Source: a virus
Lineage: Duplodnaviria > Caudoviricetes
Virus record (IMG/VR): IMGVR_UViG_3300037470_000174
Location: 1-24,287 of that record
Strand: one strand, 5' to 3'
DNA: 24,287 nt
Shown: positions 14,036-23,554 of the stretch, in pieces
Layout: the number at the start of each line of letters is the position of its first letter
How positions within the stretch are numbered: the first letter of the stretch is position 1
Made by a program: the position numbers and the translations under genes
The notes under the pieces: generated by a model
What the model saw: the letters and a program-made list of their open reading frames with translations, nothing else
Database searches by the model: none
Told to the model about the DNA's origin: nothing

Positions 14036-16141
14036 ATGGCAGCTCTCCCAGCATATAAGCCTTCTGAAAATACTCAGGAAGCTATTCTCCAGTTCTCGAA
14101 ACAAGCTTACTCCCTGCTGAATCAACAGTGGAACATACGCGCACAACTCAAGCAGATTGATTTGGCGTACATGCGGGAGCAAGACTGCACAGAGGAACAA
14201 GCGAAAGCGAAACTTGCTAATCGCCGAGGAGACTCTTCCAAGTTCCAGAACATCACAGTCCCAATAGTTATGCCACAAGTTGAGTCAGCAGTGACTTACC
14301 AGCAATCTGTCTTCCTCACTGGCTACCCTATCTTTGGTGCAGTATCTCTGCCAGAGTATATGGATGAAGCTCTAATGATGGACACCATTATTGGTGAGCA
14401 GCAGGTTCGTGGCCGTTGGGTCTCGGAACTTATGAAGACTATGCGGGACGGATTCAAGTATAACTTGGGTGCTGTAGAGGTAGATTGGACCCGGGAAGTA
14501 AGTTATGCTCTGGGTACTGACGTAACCCGAGGGAAAGAAGGTACTCAGAACCAGGTAATCTGGGAAGGGAACAAGCTCAAGCACCTGGATATGTACAATA
14601 CTTTCTGGGATACTCGAGTCCCCGCAGGCATGGTGGCTGAGTTTGGTGAGTTCGCTGGTTACATCGACCTCATGAGTCGCATCCGACTGAAGAAGTTTAT
14701 TGCCTCTCTGCCAGTTAAGATCAACGTCACTAAGGCATATGAGGCTGGTTCAGTCTCTCCGGTTGCTTATGGCAGCGATGGCACCCCAGGTTACTATCTG
14801 CCCTTCCTTAATCCGGAAGCCTTGCTTGACCTGACTACCCAAGCTACAACGAACTGGCTAGCATGGGCTGGCTTGGCTGGGGAGAACAGCAACATTCGTT
14901 ACAAGGACATGTACCAAGTAACCACACTCTATGGTAGAATTCTCCCCAGTGACTTCGGCATGTCCGGCATTCCTGGTCAGAACACTCCACAAGTTTGGAA
15001 GTTCATCATTGTTAACGAGCAGGTTGTAATCTACGCAGAGCAGATGACCAATGCTCATGACCTGCTTCCGGTGCTCTTCTACCAACCATTGGATGACGGC
15101 CTTGGATACCAGACTAAGTCGTTTGCTCAGAACATTGTCCCCATACAGGACATTACCACGGCTCTTGCTAACTCATCTATTGCTAGCCGGCGGCGTGCTA
15201 TATCTGACCGAATGTTATTCGATCCAAGTCGTGTTAGCGCTGGTGCCCTAAACAATGATAACCCTTCTGCCAAGATCCCAGTAAGGCCTTCTGCTTACCA
15301 GGATGACTTGTCTAAGGCAGTTTACCCATTTCCATTCAGGGATGATCAGTTCCAGATAAACTCCCAGGAGATTCAGTTCTACGGGAGCCTTGCTAACCAG
15401 ATCTCTGGGCTTAACCCAGCCAGGCAAGGGCAGTTTGTCAAAGGGAACAAGACAAGGACAGAGTTCCAGGAGATCATGGGGAATGCTAATGGCAGGGATC
15501 AGGCAGTAGCGCTTTCCACGGAAGGTACCTTCTGGACCCCACTTAAAGAGATTGTAAAGATTAACATCCTCCAGTATCAGGGCGGTGTCAGTCTCTTTAA
15601 CCGGGAGATTCAGGAGTCAGTCACAGTTGATCCAGTCTCGCTACGGAAAGCGAATTTAGTATTTAAGGTAAGTGATGGTCTCATGCCATCTGAGAAGCTG
15701 ATTGATGGTGAGTCACTTGCCATGGCAATGCAGACTATCGCAGCGGTACCGCAACTAGCTCAGGCATATAACCTAGCTCCAATGTTCAGTTACCTCATGA
15801 AGGCTCGTGGCGCTAAGCTGCAACCCTTTGAGAAGTCTCCTGAGCAACTGGCTTATGAGCAAGCTCTGGGTACTTGGCAACAAGCAGCTATGCAGATTGC
15901 TGAGGCAGCCAAAGAAGCTGAGCCACCAATGACTCCTGAGGATCTGCAGAAGTTGGTAGAGACTAACCCAATGCCAACTCCTGAGCAGTTTGGTTACAAC
16001 CCACAGAAGCCTCTCTCCTCTCCAGGTAATCCAATGCTGGAAGATAAGTCGATTTTGGCTAGCATTGGTGAGAAGGTAGCAGCAATTCAGAACCCAGCGC
16101 CGGCTCAAAGCCAGCAAGGAGCTCCAAGTGGAACTCGCTAA
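14036..16141 (+). CDS. portal protein
   Basis: 701 aa directly after terL; Q/A/P-rich C-terminal extension as in podovirus portals. Confidence 0.85.
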   Translation: MAALPAYKPSENTQEAILQFSKQAYSLLNQQWNIRAQLKQIDLAYMREQDCTEEQAKAKLANRRGDSSKFQNITVPIVMPQVESAVTYQQSVFLTGYPIFGAVSLPEYMDEALMMDTIIGEQQVRGRWVSELMKTMRDGFKYNLGAVEVDWTREVSYALGTDVTRGKEGTQNQVIWEGNKLKHLDMYNTFWDTRVPAGMVAEFGEFAGYIDLMSRIRLKKFIASLPVKINVTKAYEAGSVSPVAYGSDGTPGYYLPFLNPEALLDLTTQATTNWLAWAGLAGENSNIRYKDMYQVTTLYGRILPSDFGMSGIPGQNTPQVWKFIIVNEQVVIYAEQMTNAHDLLPVLFYQPLDDGLGYQTKSFAQNIVPIQDITTALANSSIASRRRAISDRMLFDPSRVSAGALNNDNPSAKIPVRPSAYQDDLSKAVYPFPFRDDQFQINSQEIQFYGSLANQISGLNPARQGQFVKGNKTRTEFQEIMGNANGRDQAVALSTEGTFWTPLKEIVKINILQYQGGVSLFNREIQESVTVDPVSLRKANLVFKVSDGLMPSEKLIDGESLAMAMQTIAAVPQLAQAYNLAPMFSYLMKARGAKLQPFEKSPEQLAYEQALGTWQQAAMQIAEAAKEAEPPMTPEDLQKLVETNPMPTPEQFGYNPQKPLSSPGNPMLEDKSILASIGEKVAAIQNPAPAQSQQGAPSGTR

Positions 16142-16415
16142 ATTTTCCAGCTTCATCGCGTATGATCTGACTGAGGTTGAGTATCGGGCAGCTTATACTT
16201 ACAACGAGGCCCAGATTGCAGGGATTCAAAACCAACTAGCGGCGGCTGCTGAGGAGTTCCTTAACTTGCCGCTAGATGAGGATGATACGGATATCAAGTC
16301 AATCAAAAGAAGGTCTTACTTACAAGGCCAGATCAGTATCTGCAAGTACCTCCTTTCTCTGCATGATGCTGTTAGGGCTTCTTCCCTGGAATCTCAAGAA
16401 GGTAATAACCAATGA
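16128..16415 (+). CDS. small head-assembly protein, 95 aa
   Basis: GTG start with AGGAG RBS; YLQGQI motif typical of the small gene between portal and scaffold. Confidence 0.75.
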   Translation: MELAKFSSFIAYDLTEVEYRAAYTYNEAQIAGIQNQLAAAAEEFLNLPLDEDDTDIKSIKRRSYLQGQISICKYLLSLHDAVRASSLESQEGNNQ

Positions 16416-17107
16416 GCATTATGGATATGTTTCGCAGCGCTAAGCCAACCCAGCCACTGCAAGTAGCTGAGAACACTAACAAAGAGAACTTGGACACCAA
16501 GCTAGCTGAGGCTGCAAAGCCAGACGTGAATCCGCTGGACAAGTTCAATGAGTTGTGGGCTGCACCTAAGGAAGGGGACCCAGTTGCTCCTTCATTTGAT
16601 CCCAGTAAGATGTTCCAGATTGACCCTGCAAAGATCCAGGAAGAAGTCTCCAAGATTAACTTCGCTGGATCAGTTACCAAGGAGCAACTTGCTGCAATCC
16701 AGGCTGGCGGGGATGATGCTACTGCCGCATTCGCTGCTGCCATGAACAGTGTTGCACAGCAAACCTTTGCTCAGTCTATGCTCGCTTCTGCCAAGTTGGT
16801 AGAGGGAGCTATGACTCAGGCAAACAATACACTGGACGCTCGTATCGCACAGGAAGCGAAGAAACTTAATGTATCCAGCTCTCTCAGAGAGACTAATCCC
16901 GCGTTATCTCACCCTGCCGCAGAGCCACTAGTTAAGGCAATGGAAGCTCAGTTTGCACAGAAGCATCCTAATGCTAGCTCTTCGGAACTCACCAAAATGG
17001 CTCAAGAGTATCTTGCCACTTTCGCCAATGTGGCTGCAGGCAGGAAAGAAGAACCAACTCCTAAAGGCGGCTCGAAAGAGTTTGACTTTAGTAACTTTTT
17101 GGAATGA
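16412..17107 (+). CDS. capsid scaffolding protein
   Basis: Ala/Gln/Glu-rich helical protein positioned before the MCP. Confidence 0.75.
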   Translation: MSIMDMFRSAKPTQPLQVAENTNKENLDTKLAEAAKPDVNPLDKFNELWAAPKEGDPVAPSFDPSKMFQIDPAKIQEEVSKINFAGSVTKEQLAAIQAGGDDATAAFAAAMNSVAQQTFAQSMLASAKLVEGAMTQANNTLDARIAQEAKKLNVSSSLRETNPALSHPAAEPLVKAMEAQFAQKHPNASSSELTKMAQEYLATFANVAAGRKEEPTPKGGSKEFDFSNFLE

Positions 17108-17123
17108 TATGAGGTAATGCATC

Positions 17124-17342
17124 ATGGCTTATTTAGTAGAAGTTACCCCGGTTGACGCAGATGGCGAAGGTAAAGGCCTTCCTGTTATGGTCGACTTTGC
17201 AACTGCGGCTGCTGCTGAGACTGGCTTTACTCAGGCTGCTTTCGTTGCTAACGCTGACCCAACTAGCCTCGCAACCCTGGCTGCTGCTATCGACGCACTT
17301 CGGGACTCCCTCATTACTGCTGGCCTTATGGCTGCTAGCTAA
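17124..17342 (+). CDS. head fibre / capsid decoration protein, 72 aa
   Basis: QAAFVANA...IDALRDSLITAGLMA matches the phage head-fibre C-terminal pattern; GAGGT RBS. Confidence 0.7.
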   Translation: MAYLVEVTPVDADGEGKGLPVMVDFATAAAAETGFTQAAFVANADPTSLATLAAAIDALRDSLITAGLMAAS

Positions 17343-17371
17343 TACTTTCCTCATCTTAGGAGATCGCAATT

Positions 17372-18601
17372 ATGACTACTGGTATCTTTACCACCAATGA
17401 CTTCATCACCGACCAGGCGAAGAAAAGTTACGCAGGCATGCTTACTCGGCTGATGCCGAATGGTACTGCCCCGCTCTTCGTACTGACCTCGATGCTGGCG
17501 TCTGCCACTGCTCTGCAAGTTGAGCACGGCTTCTTCACCAAGACCATGGTGTTCCCAGCGTTCACCATCACTGCCAACGTGGCTGACACTGACACCGTGA
17601 TTACGGTAGCCAGTACTGCCAACCTTCTGCCGGGCCAGATTCACCGCCTGGAAGATAGTGGCGAGAACGTCATCATCAACTCGGTTGACTCTGCTACCCA
17701 GATCACCGTTACTCGTTCGATCGGTTCGGTAGCTGCGGCTGCCATCCTGATTGCTTCGGATAACGTTGAGGCTTATCAGGTAGGTAACGCCTACGAGGAA
17801 AGTTCTCTTCGTCCTCAGGCTCTCAGCATCAACCCGGTTCGCGTGACCAACCTTACTCAGATCTTCCGGAATACCTGGGCGATTTCGGGTTCGGCACAAG
17901 CCACACAAGTTATCGTTGGTGATACCAACGTAGCTGAGAACCGCCAGGACTGCGCTGCTTTCCACGCTGCTGATATCGAGAAGGCACTGTTCTTCGGCCA
18001 GAAGTCGCAAGGCTTCCGTAATGGCCAGCCTTTCCGTACCATGGATGGCTTGATCAACATCGTGAGTAACCTCGCGTACTACCCGCCGAGCTTCAGCGTA
18101 CCGAACGTGTTCCCTGCTGGTAGCACCACTACCTACTCGGAACTGGAAGATATGCTGGATCCAGTCTTCAACCAGGCAACTGATCCGAAGATTGCGAACG
18201 AGCGTGTTCTGTTCGTTGGTGGTACTACCCGCAAGGTAATCAACCACATCGGGCGTCTTACCGGCGAGTATCAGATTGTGGATGGCCAGACTTCCTTTGG
18301 CTTGCAATTCTCCACCTTCAAGATCAGCCGTGGCACCTTCCGTATGATCGAGCATCCGCTCTTTAATACCAACCCTGACTGGGCATCCATGGCAGTTGCA
18401 GTGGATCTCAGCACCTTCCACCTGGCCTACTTGGGAGATCGTAAGACCTCCAACAAGGAATTCAACATGACCGGCCAGGCAGTAGATAACGGCATCGACG
18501 CTGTTGGTGGCTCGCTGTTGACTGAGATGACTGTGGAAGTTCGCAATCCTCCAGCCAACGCAGTTATCACTGGCTTCACTGCCGCCGCTGCTGAGGCGTA
18601 A
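17372..18601 (+). CDS. major capsid protein (HK97 fold, DUF5309/SU10-like) with beta-rich insertion
   Basis: Position, AGGAG RBS, strong codon bias, motifs NLTQIFRNTWAISGS, DIEKALFFGQK and RTMDGL; terminator downstream. Confidence 0.9.
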   Translation: MTTGIFTTNDFITDQAKKSYAGMLTRLMPNGTAPLFVLTSMLASATALQVEHGFFTKTMVFPAFTITANVADTDTVITVASTANLLPGQIHRLEDSGENVIINSVDSATQITVTRSIGSVAAAAILIASDNVEAYQVGNAYEESSLRPQALSINPVRVTNLTQIFRNTWAISGSAQATQVIVGDTNVAENRQDCAAFHAADIEKALFFGQKSQGFRNGQPFRTMDGLINIVSNLAYYPPSFSVPNVFPAGSTTTYSELEDMLDPVFNQATDPKIANERVLFVGGTTRKVINHIGRLTGEYQIVDGQTSFGLQFSTFKISRGTFRMIEHPLFNTNPDWASMAVAVDLSTFHLAYLGDRKTSNKEFNMTGQAVDNGIDAVGGSLLTEMTVEVRNPPANAVITGFTAAAAEA

Positions 18602-18612
18602 GTAACTAGCGC

Positions 18613-18646
18613 GAAAGGGAGGGGGGTTTTCCCTCTCCTTCTTTTT
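18613..18646 (+). terminator. Rho-independent terminator after the MCP
   Basis: GAAAGGGAGGGGG-GTTT-TCCCTCTCCTTC-TTTTT. Confidence 0.8.
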
Positions 18647-18669
18647 CTCCCAGTACAGGATATTCTCCC

Positions 18670-19131
18670 ATGGCTACTGTTCCTCTCTTCAAGAATCGTA
18701 AAGGTAATGTCGCAGTTATCCGTAAGGGTATGCGCTTCAACTTCAACTCCGGTCGGTACTTCACAACTAAGCAGCGAGAAATTGACCTGCTTAAGCTCCT
18801 TGCTGAGCACGGTGAACAGGGTGTTTACATCGACCCTAAGGAGCCAGACATTGATACAGAAGCTGCCACCCCCATGGCAGTTCTGCGTAAGAAGTTTTAT
18901 AAGGAGTTCCTGGAGGAACAAGCTAAGGTTACCGATGCCGGTAAGTACCATGCTCCCACTGGCCAGGACATCGGCGCCATGAACACTGCCTCGAATGTTC
19001 TGCAAGGTAACCAGCTTGCTGAGAAGGTAGCTCTGGAGGATGCAGATCCTAGCCCAAAGGATGCAAGCAGTGCGTCGACAAAGTCGCCCGCCCTCGCCGC
19101 CCTTGAGGCAATGAAGGAAGGTAAGAAGTAA
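18670..19131 (+). CDS. virion-associated hypothetical protein, 153 aa
   Basis: AGGA RBS; follows the MCP. Confidence 0.85.
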   Translation: MATVPLFKNRKGNVAVIRKGMRFNFNSGRYFTTKQREIDLLKLLAEHGEQGVYIDPKEPDIDTEAATPMAVLRKKFYKEFLEEQAKVTDAGKYHAPTGQDIGAMNTASNVLQGNQLAEKVALEDADPSPKDASSASTKSPALAALEAMKEGKK

Positions 19132-19140
19132 CATAAGAAC

Positions 19141-19173
19141 AAAAAGGGGATGCTAGAGATGGCTCCCCTTTTT
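19141..19173 (+). terminator. Rho-independent (potentially bidirectional) terminator
   Basis: AAAAAGGGGA-N13-TCCCCTTTTT. Confidence 0.8.
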
Positions 19174-19202
19174 ATTTGCCCAGATTTTGTGTGGAGAATC
19201 CC

Positions 19203-19808
19203 ATGACTTTCCAAGAGCTTGTAGCAGAAGTAATGCTTCTAACCAGGCGCCCCGACTTAGTAGACCGCACAGAACCCGCAGTCAGGGCAGCCACACTTAA
19301 GGCGCACCATTCGGACTTCTATTATAAGGATATTTACGAGCAGTCCATTACTTTCGTGACCCCTGCCTACGTGCAGAACTTCCTGCCAACGGATATCTTC
19401 CCCACTTTCAGGAAGGCTAAGTACCTCCGAATTTGGGAGACTGATGGCTCAATCAATGGATACCCTGGTAAGTTTTTGGTGCCTATCCAGATTGAGAACT
19501 CGCTGGATTCATACCGGGGGATTAAGACAGATGTCTTTTACCAGGCTGGTCAGCTACTCCAAGTGAGGCTTGCTACTGCATCTCAGTACTTGCTCTTTGG
19601 TGCCTACCTCCACCCGACCATAACTCCAGAGGGTGCTTTCTGCTCCTGGATTGCTTCTGAGATGCCTTGGGCAATTATCTATGAGGCTGCTCGGGTAATC
19701 TTTAAGAGCATTGGCATGGACCAGCAAACTAATGAGATGACTCAACTAGTAGGTGAGCAATACTCCCTGTTGAAGATGTCTTACATTGATGACCTTCCGG
19801 TCACCTAA
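19203..19808 (+). CDS. head-tail adaptor / tail tubular protein (~201 aa)
   Basis: Start revised to ATG 19203 (GGAG RBS); MTFQELVAEV..TRRPDL N-terminus and SWIA...PWAIIYEAA C-terminus typical of podovirus adaptors. Confidence 0.7.
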   Translation: MTFQELVAEVMLLTRRPDLVDRTEPAVRAATLKAHHSDFYYKDIYEQSITFVTPAYVQNFLPTDIFPTFRKAKYLRIWETDGSINGYPGKFLVPIQIENSLDSYRGIKTDVFYQAGQLLQVRLATASQYLLFGAYLHPTITPEGAFCSWIASEMPWAIIYEAARVIFKSIGMDQQTNEMTQLVGEQYSLLKMSYIDDLPVT

Positions 19809-19820
19809 GAGGTTACTATC

Positions 19821-20705
19821 ATGGCAGAATTACCTACGGCATCCACTTGGTTCCCCACAGTTGACGGACTTCCGGGTAAGTCTGCTTATGAGATCGCAGT
19901 TGATGAAGGCTTTCTTGGCAGTGAGGCTCAGTGGTTAGCTACATTGATTGGCCCAGCTGGGGCTACTGGAGCAACTGGAGCAACAGGTGCTACGGGGGCT
20001 GCTGGAGTTGTGCAATCTATTGTGGCTGGCACAAACGTCACTGTAGACGCAACTGACCCAGCTAACCCAATAGTATCAGCTTCTGGGGGAGGCGGAGGAA
20101 GCGGGGGTTTTGCAGCTAGTTTACCTAGCGGTACTAGATACTTTCTTGATACTCTTGTTTCCTTAGCAGATTCAACTGTTGCAGCTGCCGGCAGCGCAAA
20201 AATGTGGATCATGCCTGTGGATTCTGATGCTACTTTTACAGGTGTTGAATACTCTCTGGCAGTTGCAGATGCTACTGCTGAGATATGGTTTGAGATTCAC
20301 ACAATCCTTGGGTCTGGGCTGCCAGGGACTTTGGTTGCAAGTCTTCAACTTGGTACGACTACAGTAGCTACTGGAAAGACGCTTAGTTTTCCCAGTCCCG
20401 TGCTTCTTACAGCCGGTTTTTATTTCTTTACTGTGCATACTGTTAATGCTGGCGCAGGAACTATCAGATACGATGGGCTCTCCATTAACTCTGCTACTGT
20501 TAATACCCAACATTCAGCTCTGTATATTTCGAATTATTGGACTTTTTTAGCGAGTACCACAGAGCTCCCAGCTTGTACTCTTGTACATACAGCTCTTCCA
20601 AGCGAGGTGTTCACTCCTGGGTCTGACTGGACTGGCAGTAATTTTATCAATACAGACATCTCGGCTGTTTCACTTATACCTATAATCGCATTAATTAAGC
20701 AATAA
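19821..20705 (+). CDS. fibre protein 1 (collagen-like segment, Gly hinge, beta-rich C-domain)
   Basis: GKSAYEIAV..GF.GSEAQWL motif, (GxT)n repeats, VQSIVAGTNVTVDATDPANPIVS, GGGGG. Confidence 0.85.
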   Translation: MAELPTASTWFPTVDGLPGKSAYEIAVDEGFLGSEAQWLATLIGPAGATGATGATGATGAAGVVQSIVAGTNVTVDATDPANPIVSASGGGGGSGGFAASLPSGTRYFLDTLVSLADSTVAAAGSAKMWIMPVDSDATFTGVEYSLAVADATAEIWFEIHTILGSGLPGTLVASLQLGTTTVATGKTLSFPSPVLLTAGFYFFTVHTVNAGAGTIRYDGLSINSATVNTQHSALYISNYWTFLASTTELPACTLVHTALPSEVFTPGSDWTGSNFINTDISAVSLIPIIALIKQ

Positions 20706-20714
20706 GGAGGCACC

Positions 20715-22769
20715 ATGGGCGAGACTGCAATTTATAATCCTGGCTGTGATTGTGGTGGTGCCTTCCTATCTGGCACTGTCCCACCTATCGCCGCGCAGGG
20801 AGAGAACGGTGATTTCTATCTTGACTTCACCCTTTATAACTTATACGGACCTAAGACTGCTGGGTTGTGGCCAGAGCCTCCGGTCTCCATAGTTGGCCCG
20901 GATGGCGTAGGTGCCATGGGCCCGGCTGGTCCTGCCGGTCAACAAGGTATCCAGGGTCCTAAAGGAGTCAAGGGTGACCCAGGTACTGAAGGTCTCTCTG
21001 CCTATGATGTCTGGCTGGCTGAGGGCAATGTCGGTACTGAGGCAGATTTCCTTCTTGATATCACTGGCCCTACTGGCGTAGCTGGCCCTGCTGGCAGTCA
21101 GATTTTCTCGGATGTTGTGGATCCAGTTAACGTGGACGGAGATCCTGGGGACTACTGGCTTAATACTACCACCTCAACTCTCTGGGGCCCTAAGGATGTA
21201 GCCACCTTCTGGGTTGGCACTGACTTACTTCTTAAGGGGGATACTGGGGATGTTGGCCCAGCAGGTGCTGATGGTGCTGATGGTGCTGACCAACCTATTC
21301 TTGATCTTCACTGTGGCCAGCAGAACGTCACTAATAATACAACCACAATTGCAATCCCTGCCGCTGCTGATCCAACTCTGCATAACCCAGCGGATTACAT
21401 CCAGCTAACTGGTATCTTCGATGCTGTGCCTCATGGCGTAAATAATGGGGTGACTCAGCAGTCCAACCAGCTTACCATTGCACGGTCTGGTACTTACAGG
21501 ATTGCAGTCTGGTGTACCTTTACTACCTCCACTAACGCTACCAGTGTGGGCCTGAGGTTTGCACTGAATGGTGTGGTTGGCTTGGCTCGGACCCCCCGGA
21601 ACAGGGTTAGTACAGCTAACGATCGGCGCCAGATTGTGGCCCATGGTATCCATAACTTCGCTGCTGGGGATATCATTACTCTCTGGGGTGCTGCTGACAC
21701 TGGTACCAACGTAACCTTTGAGGACATGGTGTTCTCGGTAGTGGAATTGATTGCCACTGGTATTGAGACCGAAGTACAGGATGAAGGTACCCCGATCCTT
21801 ACCGCCGCTGATGCAATTAACTTTGTAGGTGCTGGCGTTACCGTTACAGATGTAGCTGGTGTAGCCACTGTAACTATCCCAGGTGGGGGTGGAGGTGGAT
21901 CTCTGGATGTAGAGGATGAGGGAATTTCCATAGATGCTGCAGTTGTAGTCATGGACTTTGTCGGCGCTGGCGTGACAGTAACTCAGACTGTTGCTGGTGA
22001 GGTGGAGGTAAATATCCCAGGCACTGACACCAATACCACGGATTTGGTAGTGCAGGAGGAGGGAGTTACGGTTGTAATTGGAGATACTCTTAACTTCGTA
22101 GGTGCTTCTGTAACTGTGACTGATGTGGGCGGGGTTGCAACTGTTACGGTGACTGATGCAGATACCAATACCACCGACCTCATAGTAAATGATGAAGGGA
22201 CTCCAATTGTAACAACGGATGAGATTAACTTCGTCGGAGCTGGGGTCACAGTCACTGATGTTGCAGGGGTAGCTACAGTTACCATTCCTGGGGGTGGTGG
22301 GGGTGCTACTAAGCACTTATTAAGACTTCCAGTAGATCCTGTTAATGGCACAAACTTTGCCGCAGATTTCTTTGGGGGTATATCTTTTCTTGTTACAGAA
22401 GATTGTACAATTACTGATATAGGAATAATAGCTTCTGGTGCCTTTGCCTCTACGACTGTATATCCAGCTGTTTATGCTAAGCATGCTAGTACTAACTCTT
22501 TGGGGGCTTTGTTGGCAACTGGTTCTTTAGTTACTGGTTTAACAGCAGGGGTTAATCTTATCCCTCTAACCTCAGGACTTGTTGTGACTGCAGGTACTTT
22601 GTTGTGGATTGGTCTTATTACCCATGTTGCTACTGCTATGTTTGCCTCTGTAAGTAATACTACACCTGTTGTGTTTTTTGCCGCCGCTGGCGCTCCTCCT
22701 GATCCTGCCCCTGCCACCACTCACACAAATGCGGCTTGGGGATCTTTCTGGCCTGTAGTTACTACTTGA
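20715..22769 (+). CDS. fibre protein 2 (collagen repeats, C1q/BclA-like domain, four internal repeats, C-domain)
   Basis: Two GD(F/Y)xL..L(Y/W)GPK modules, G-X-Y repeats, LTIARSGTYRI...AAGDIITL, 4x (D/E)EG..FVGA(G/S)VTVT repeats. Confidence 0.9.
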   Translation: MGETAIYNPGCDCGGAFLSGTVPPIAAQGENGDFYLDFTLYNLYGPKTAGLWPEPPVSIVGPDGVGAMGPAGPAGQQGIQGPKGVKGDPGTEGLSAYDVWLAEGNVGTEADFLLDITGPTGVAGPAGSQIFSDVVDPVNVDGDPGDYWLNTTTSTLWGPKDVATFWVGTDLLLKGDTGDVGPAGADGADGADQPILDLHCGQQNVTNNTTTIAIPAAADPTLHNPADYIQLTGIFDAVPHGVNNGVTQQSNQLTIARSGTYRIAVWCTFTTSTNATSVGLRFALNGVVGLARTPRNRVSTANDRRQIVAHGIHNFAAGDIITLWGAADTGTNVTFEDMVFSVVELIATGIETEVQDEGTPILTAADAINFVGAGVTVTDVAGVATVTIPGGGGGGSLDVEDEGISIDAAVVVMDFVGAGVTVTQTVAGEVEVNIPGTDTNTTDLVVQEEGVTVVIGDTLNFVGASVTVTDVGGVATVTVTDADTNTTDLIVNDEGTPIVTTDEINFVGAGVTVTDVAGVATVTIPGGGGGATKHLLRLPVDPVNGTNFAADFFGGISFLVTEDCTITDIGIIASGAFASTTVYPAVYAKHASTNSLGALLATGSLVTGLTAGVNLIPLTSGLVVTAGTLLWIGLITHVATAMFASVSNTTPVVFFAAAGAPPDPAPATTHTNAAWGSFWPVVTT
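21768..22307 (+). repeat. four tandem ~45-aa repeats within fibre 2
   Basis: Units 1 and 4 share INFVGAGVTVTDVAGVATVTIPGGGGG; units 2 and 3 end in DTNTTD; DNA differs mostly at synonymous sites. Confidence 0.9.
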
Positions 22770-22786
22770 TATAAGGAGATTTAGAA

Positions 22787-23044
22787 ATGAACGAGAAACT
22801 TGACCAAGCAACAGGAGTTGTAACTATAGCACTGGGCTGGCTTACAGTAGCATTAAGCCCAGGTGATGCCTTAGCCTGGGGTGATACCCTAACCCAGCTG
22901 GCTCCATTCTGCTTAATCGCATTTCTTATCTGGAGGATGAGGCGATTAGATTCAGAGCTTAAGGACTACAAAGAGCGCTGTGATCGATTGACAGATCAGT
23001 TAATGGATCTTAGCAGACGTGTTGAAGATAGTGAGAGAGGATAA
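22787..23044 (+). CDS. putative holin / small membrane protein, 85 aa
   Basis: Two hydrophobic segments followed by a charged coiled C-terminus; AAGGAG RBS. Confidence 0.55.
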   Translation: MNEKLDQATGVVTIALGWLTVALSPGDALAWGDTLTQLAPFCLIAFLIWRMRRLDSELKDYKERCDRLTDQLMDLSRRVEDSERG

Positions 23045-23049
23045 CTAAA

Positions 23050-23544
23050 ATGCATCGCACATCTCAGAAACTCTTTAACTCTCAGAGTGATATCTGGGAT
23101 GCTCACGAGCCAGTGGAGGGGGAGTTCACCTTACTTCCAGTAGGGGTCCCTCCACTGATCACGACTGCACAGGAGATGCTTCTTGCTAACGATCCCAGCG
23201 GTGGCGGTGAGGGTTACTCTACCTCTGGCCAAGTCTGGAGTCCTAAGCCTCTAAGCTCAGCTTATGGAACTCTTCTATCTGGGGAGGACTTCTTCCCCTT
23301 CTATCGGAATGGTACCTTCTGGTATACTCGCCAGATTAGGTCCATGGTACTTAATGGGCTGCTATTTGACTCTGGTGATCCGCAACACGCATTCAGTATG
23401 GAGCAGCCCAGCTTTGTTTCTCGGGGATTCTACCGGATAGTTCTGACTACCAGGCCAAGTGGATTCACCTTCTTTGATCCCATTATAACCCTAGTGGCTG
23501 GGCAGACTCTTACCATCACAGATATAACTCTTGCCACTCCCTGA
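23050..23544 (+). CDS. hypothetical virion protein, 164 aa
   Basis: GAGGA RBS; tiles in the late operon. Confidence 0.75.
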   Translation: MHRTSQKLFNSQSDIWDAHEPVEGEFTLLPVGVPPLITTAQEMLLANDPSGGGEGYSTSGQVWSPKPLSSAYGTLLSGEDFFPFYRNGTFWYTRQIRSMVLNGLLFDSGDPQHAFSMEQPSFVSRGFYRIVLTTRPSGFTFFDPIITLVAGQTLTITDITLATP

Positions 23545-23554
23545 GGATACCATC

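Noticed and set aside
17351-18421. 356-aa antisense ORF over the MCP
   Set aside because: Shadow frame produced by the strong codon bias of the MCP; no RBS, motif or operon context
18595-18610. Readthrough or frameshift extension of the MCP
   Set aside because: No slippery sequence; TAA is followed by another TAA in a second frame and then a terminator
18427-19134. 235-aa minus-strand ORF
   Set aside because: Antisense to the MCP end, its terminator and the 153-aa gene
21768-22307. Fibre repeats as a DGR template/variable pair or CRISPR-like array
   Set aside because: Differences are synonymous and not adenine-specific, no reverse transcriptase is in the window, and the repeats are in-frame coding
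21405-22351. Several minus-strand ORFs (303, 152, 122 aa)
   Set aside because: Shadows of repetitive Val/Thr/Gly codons in fibre 2
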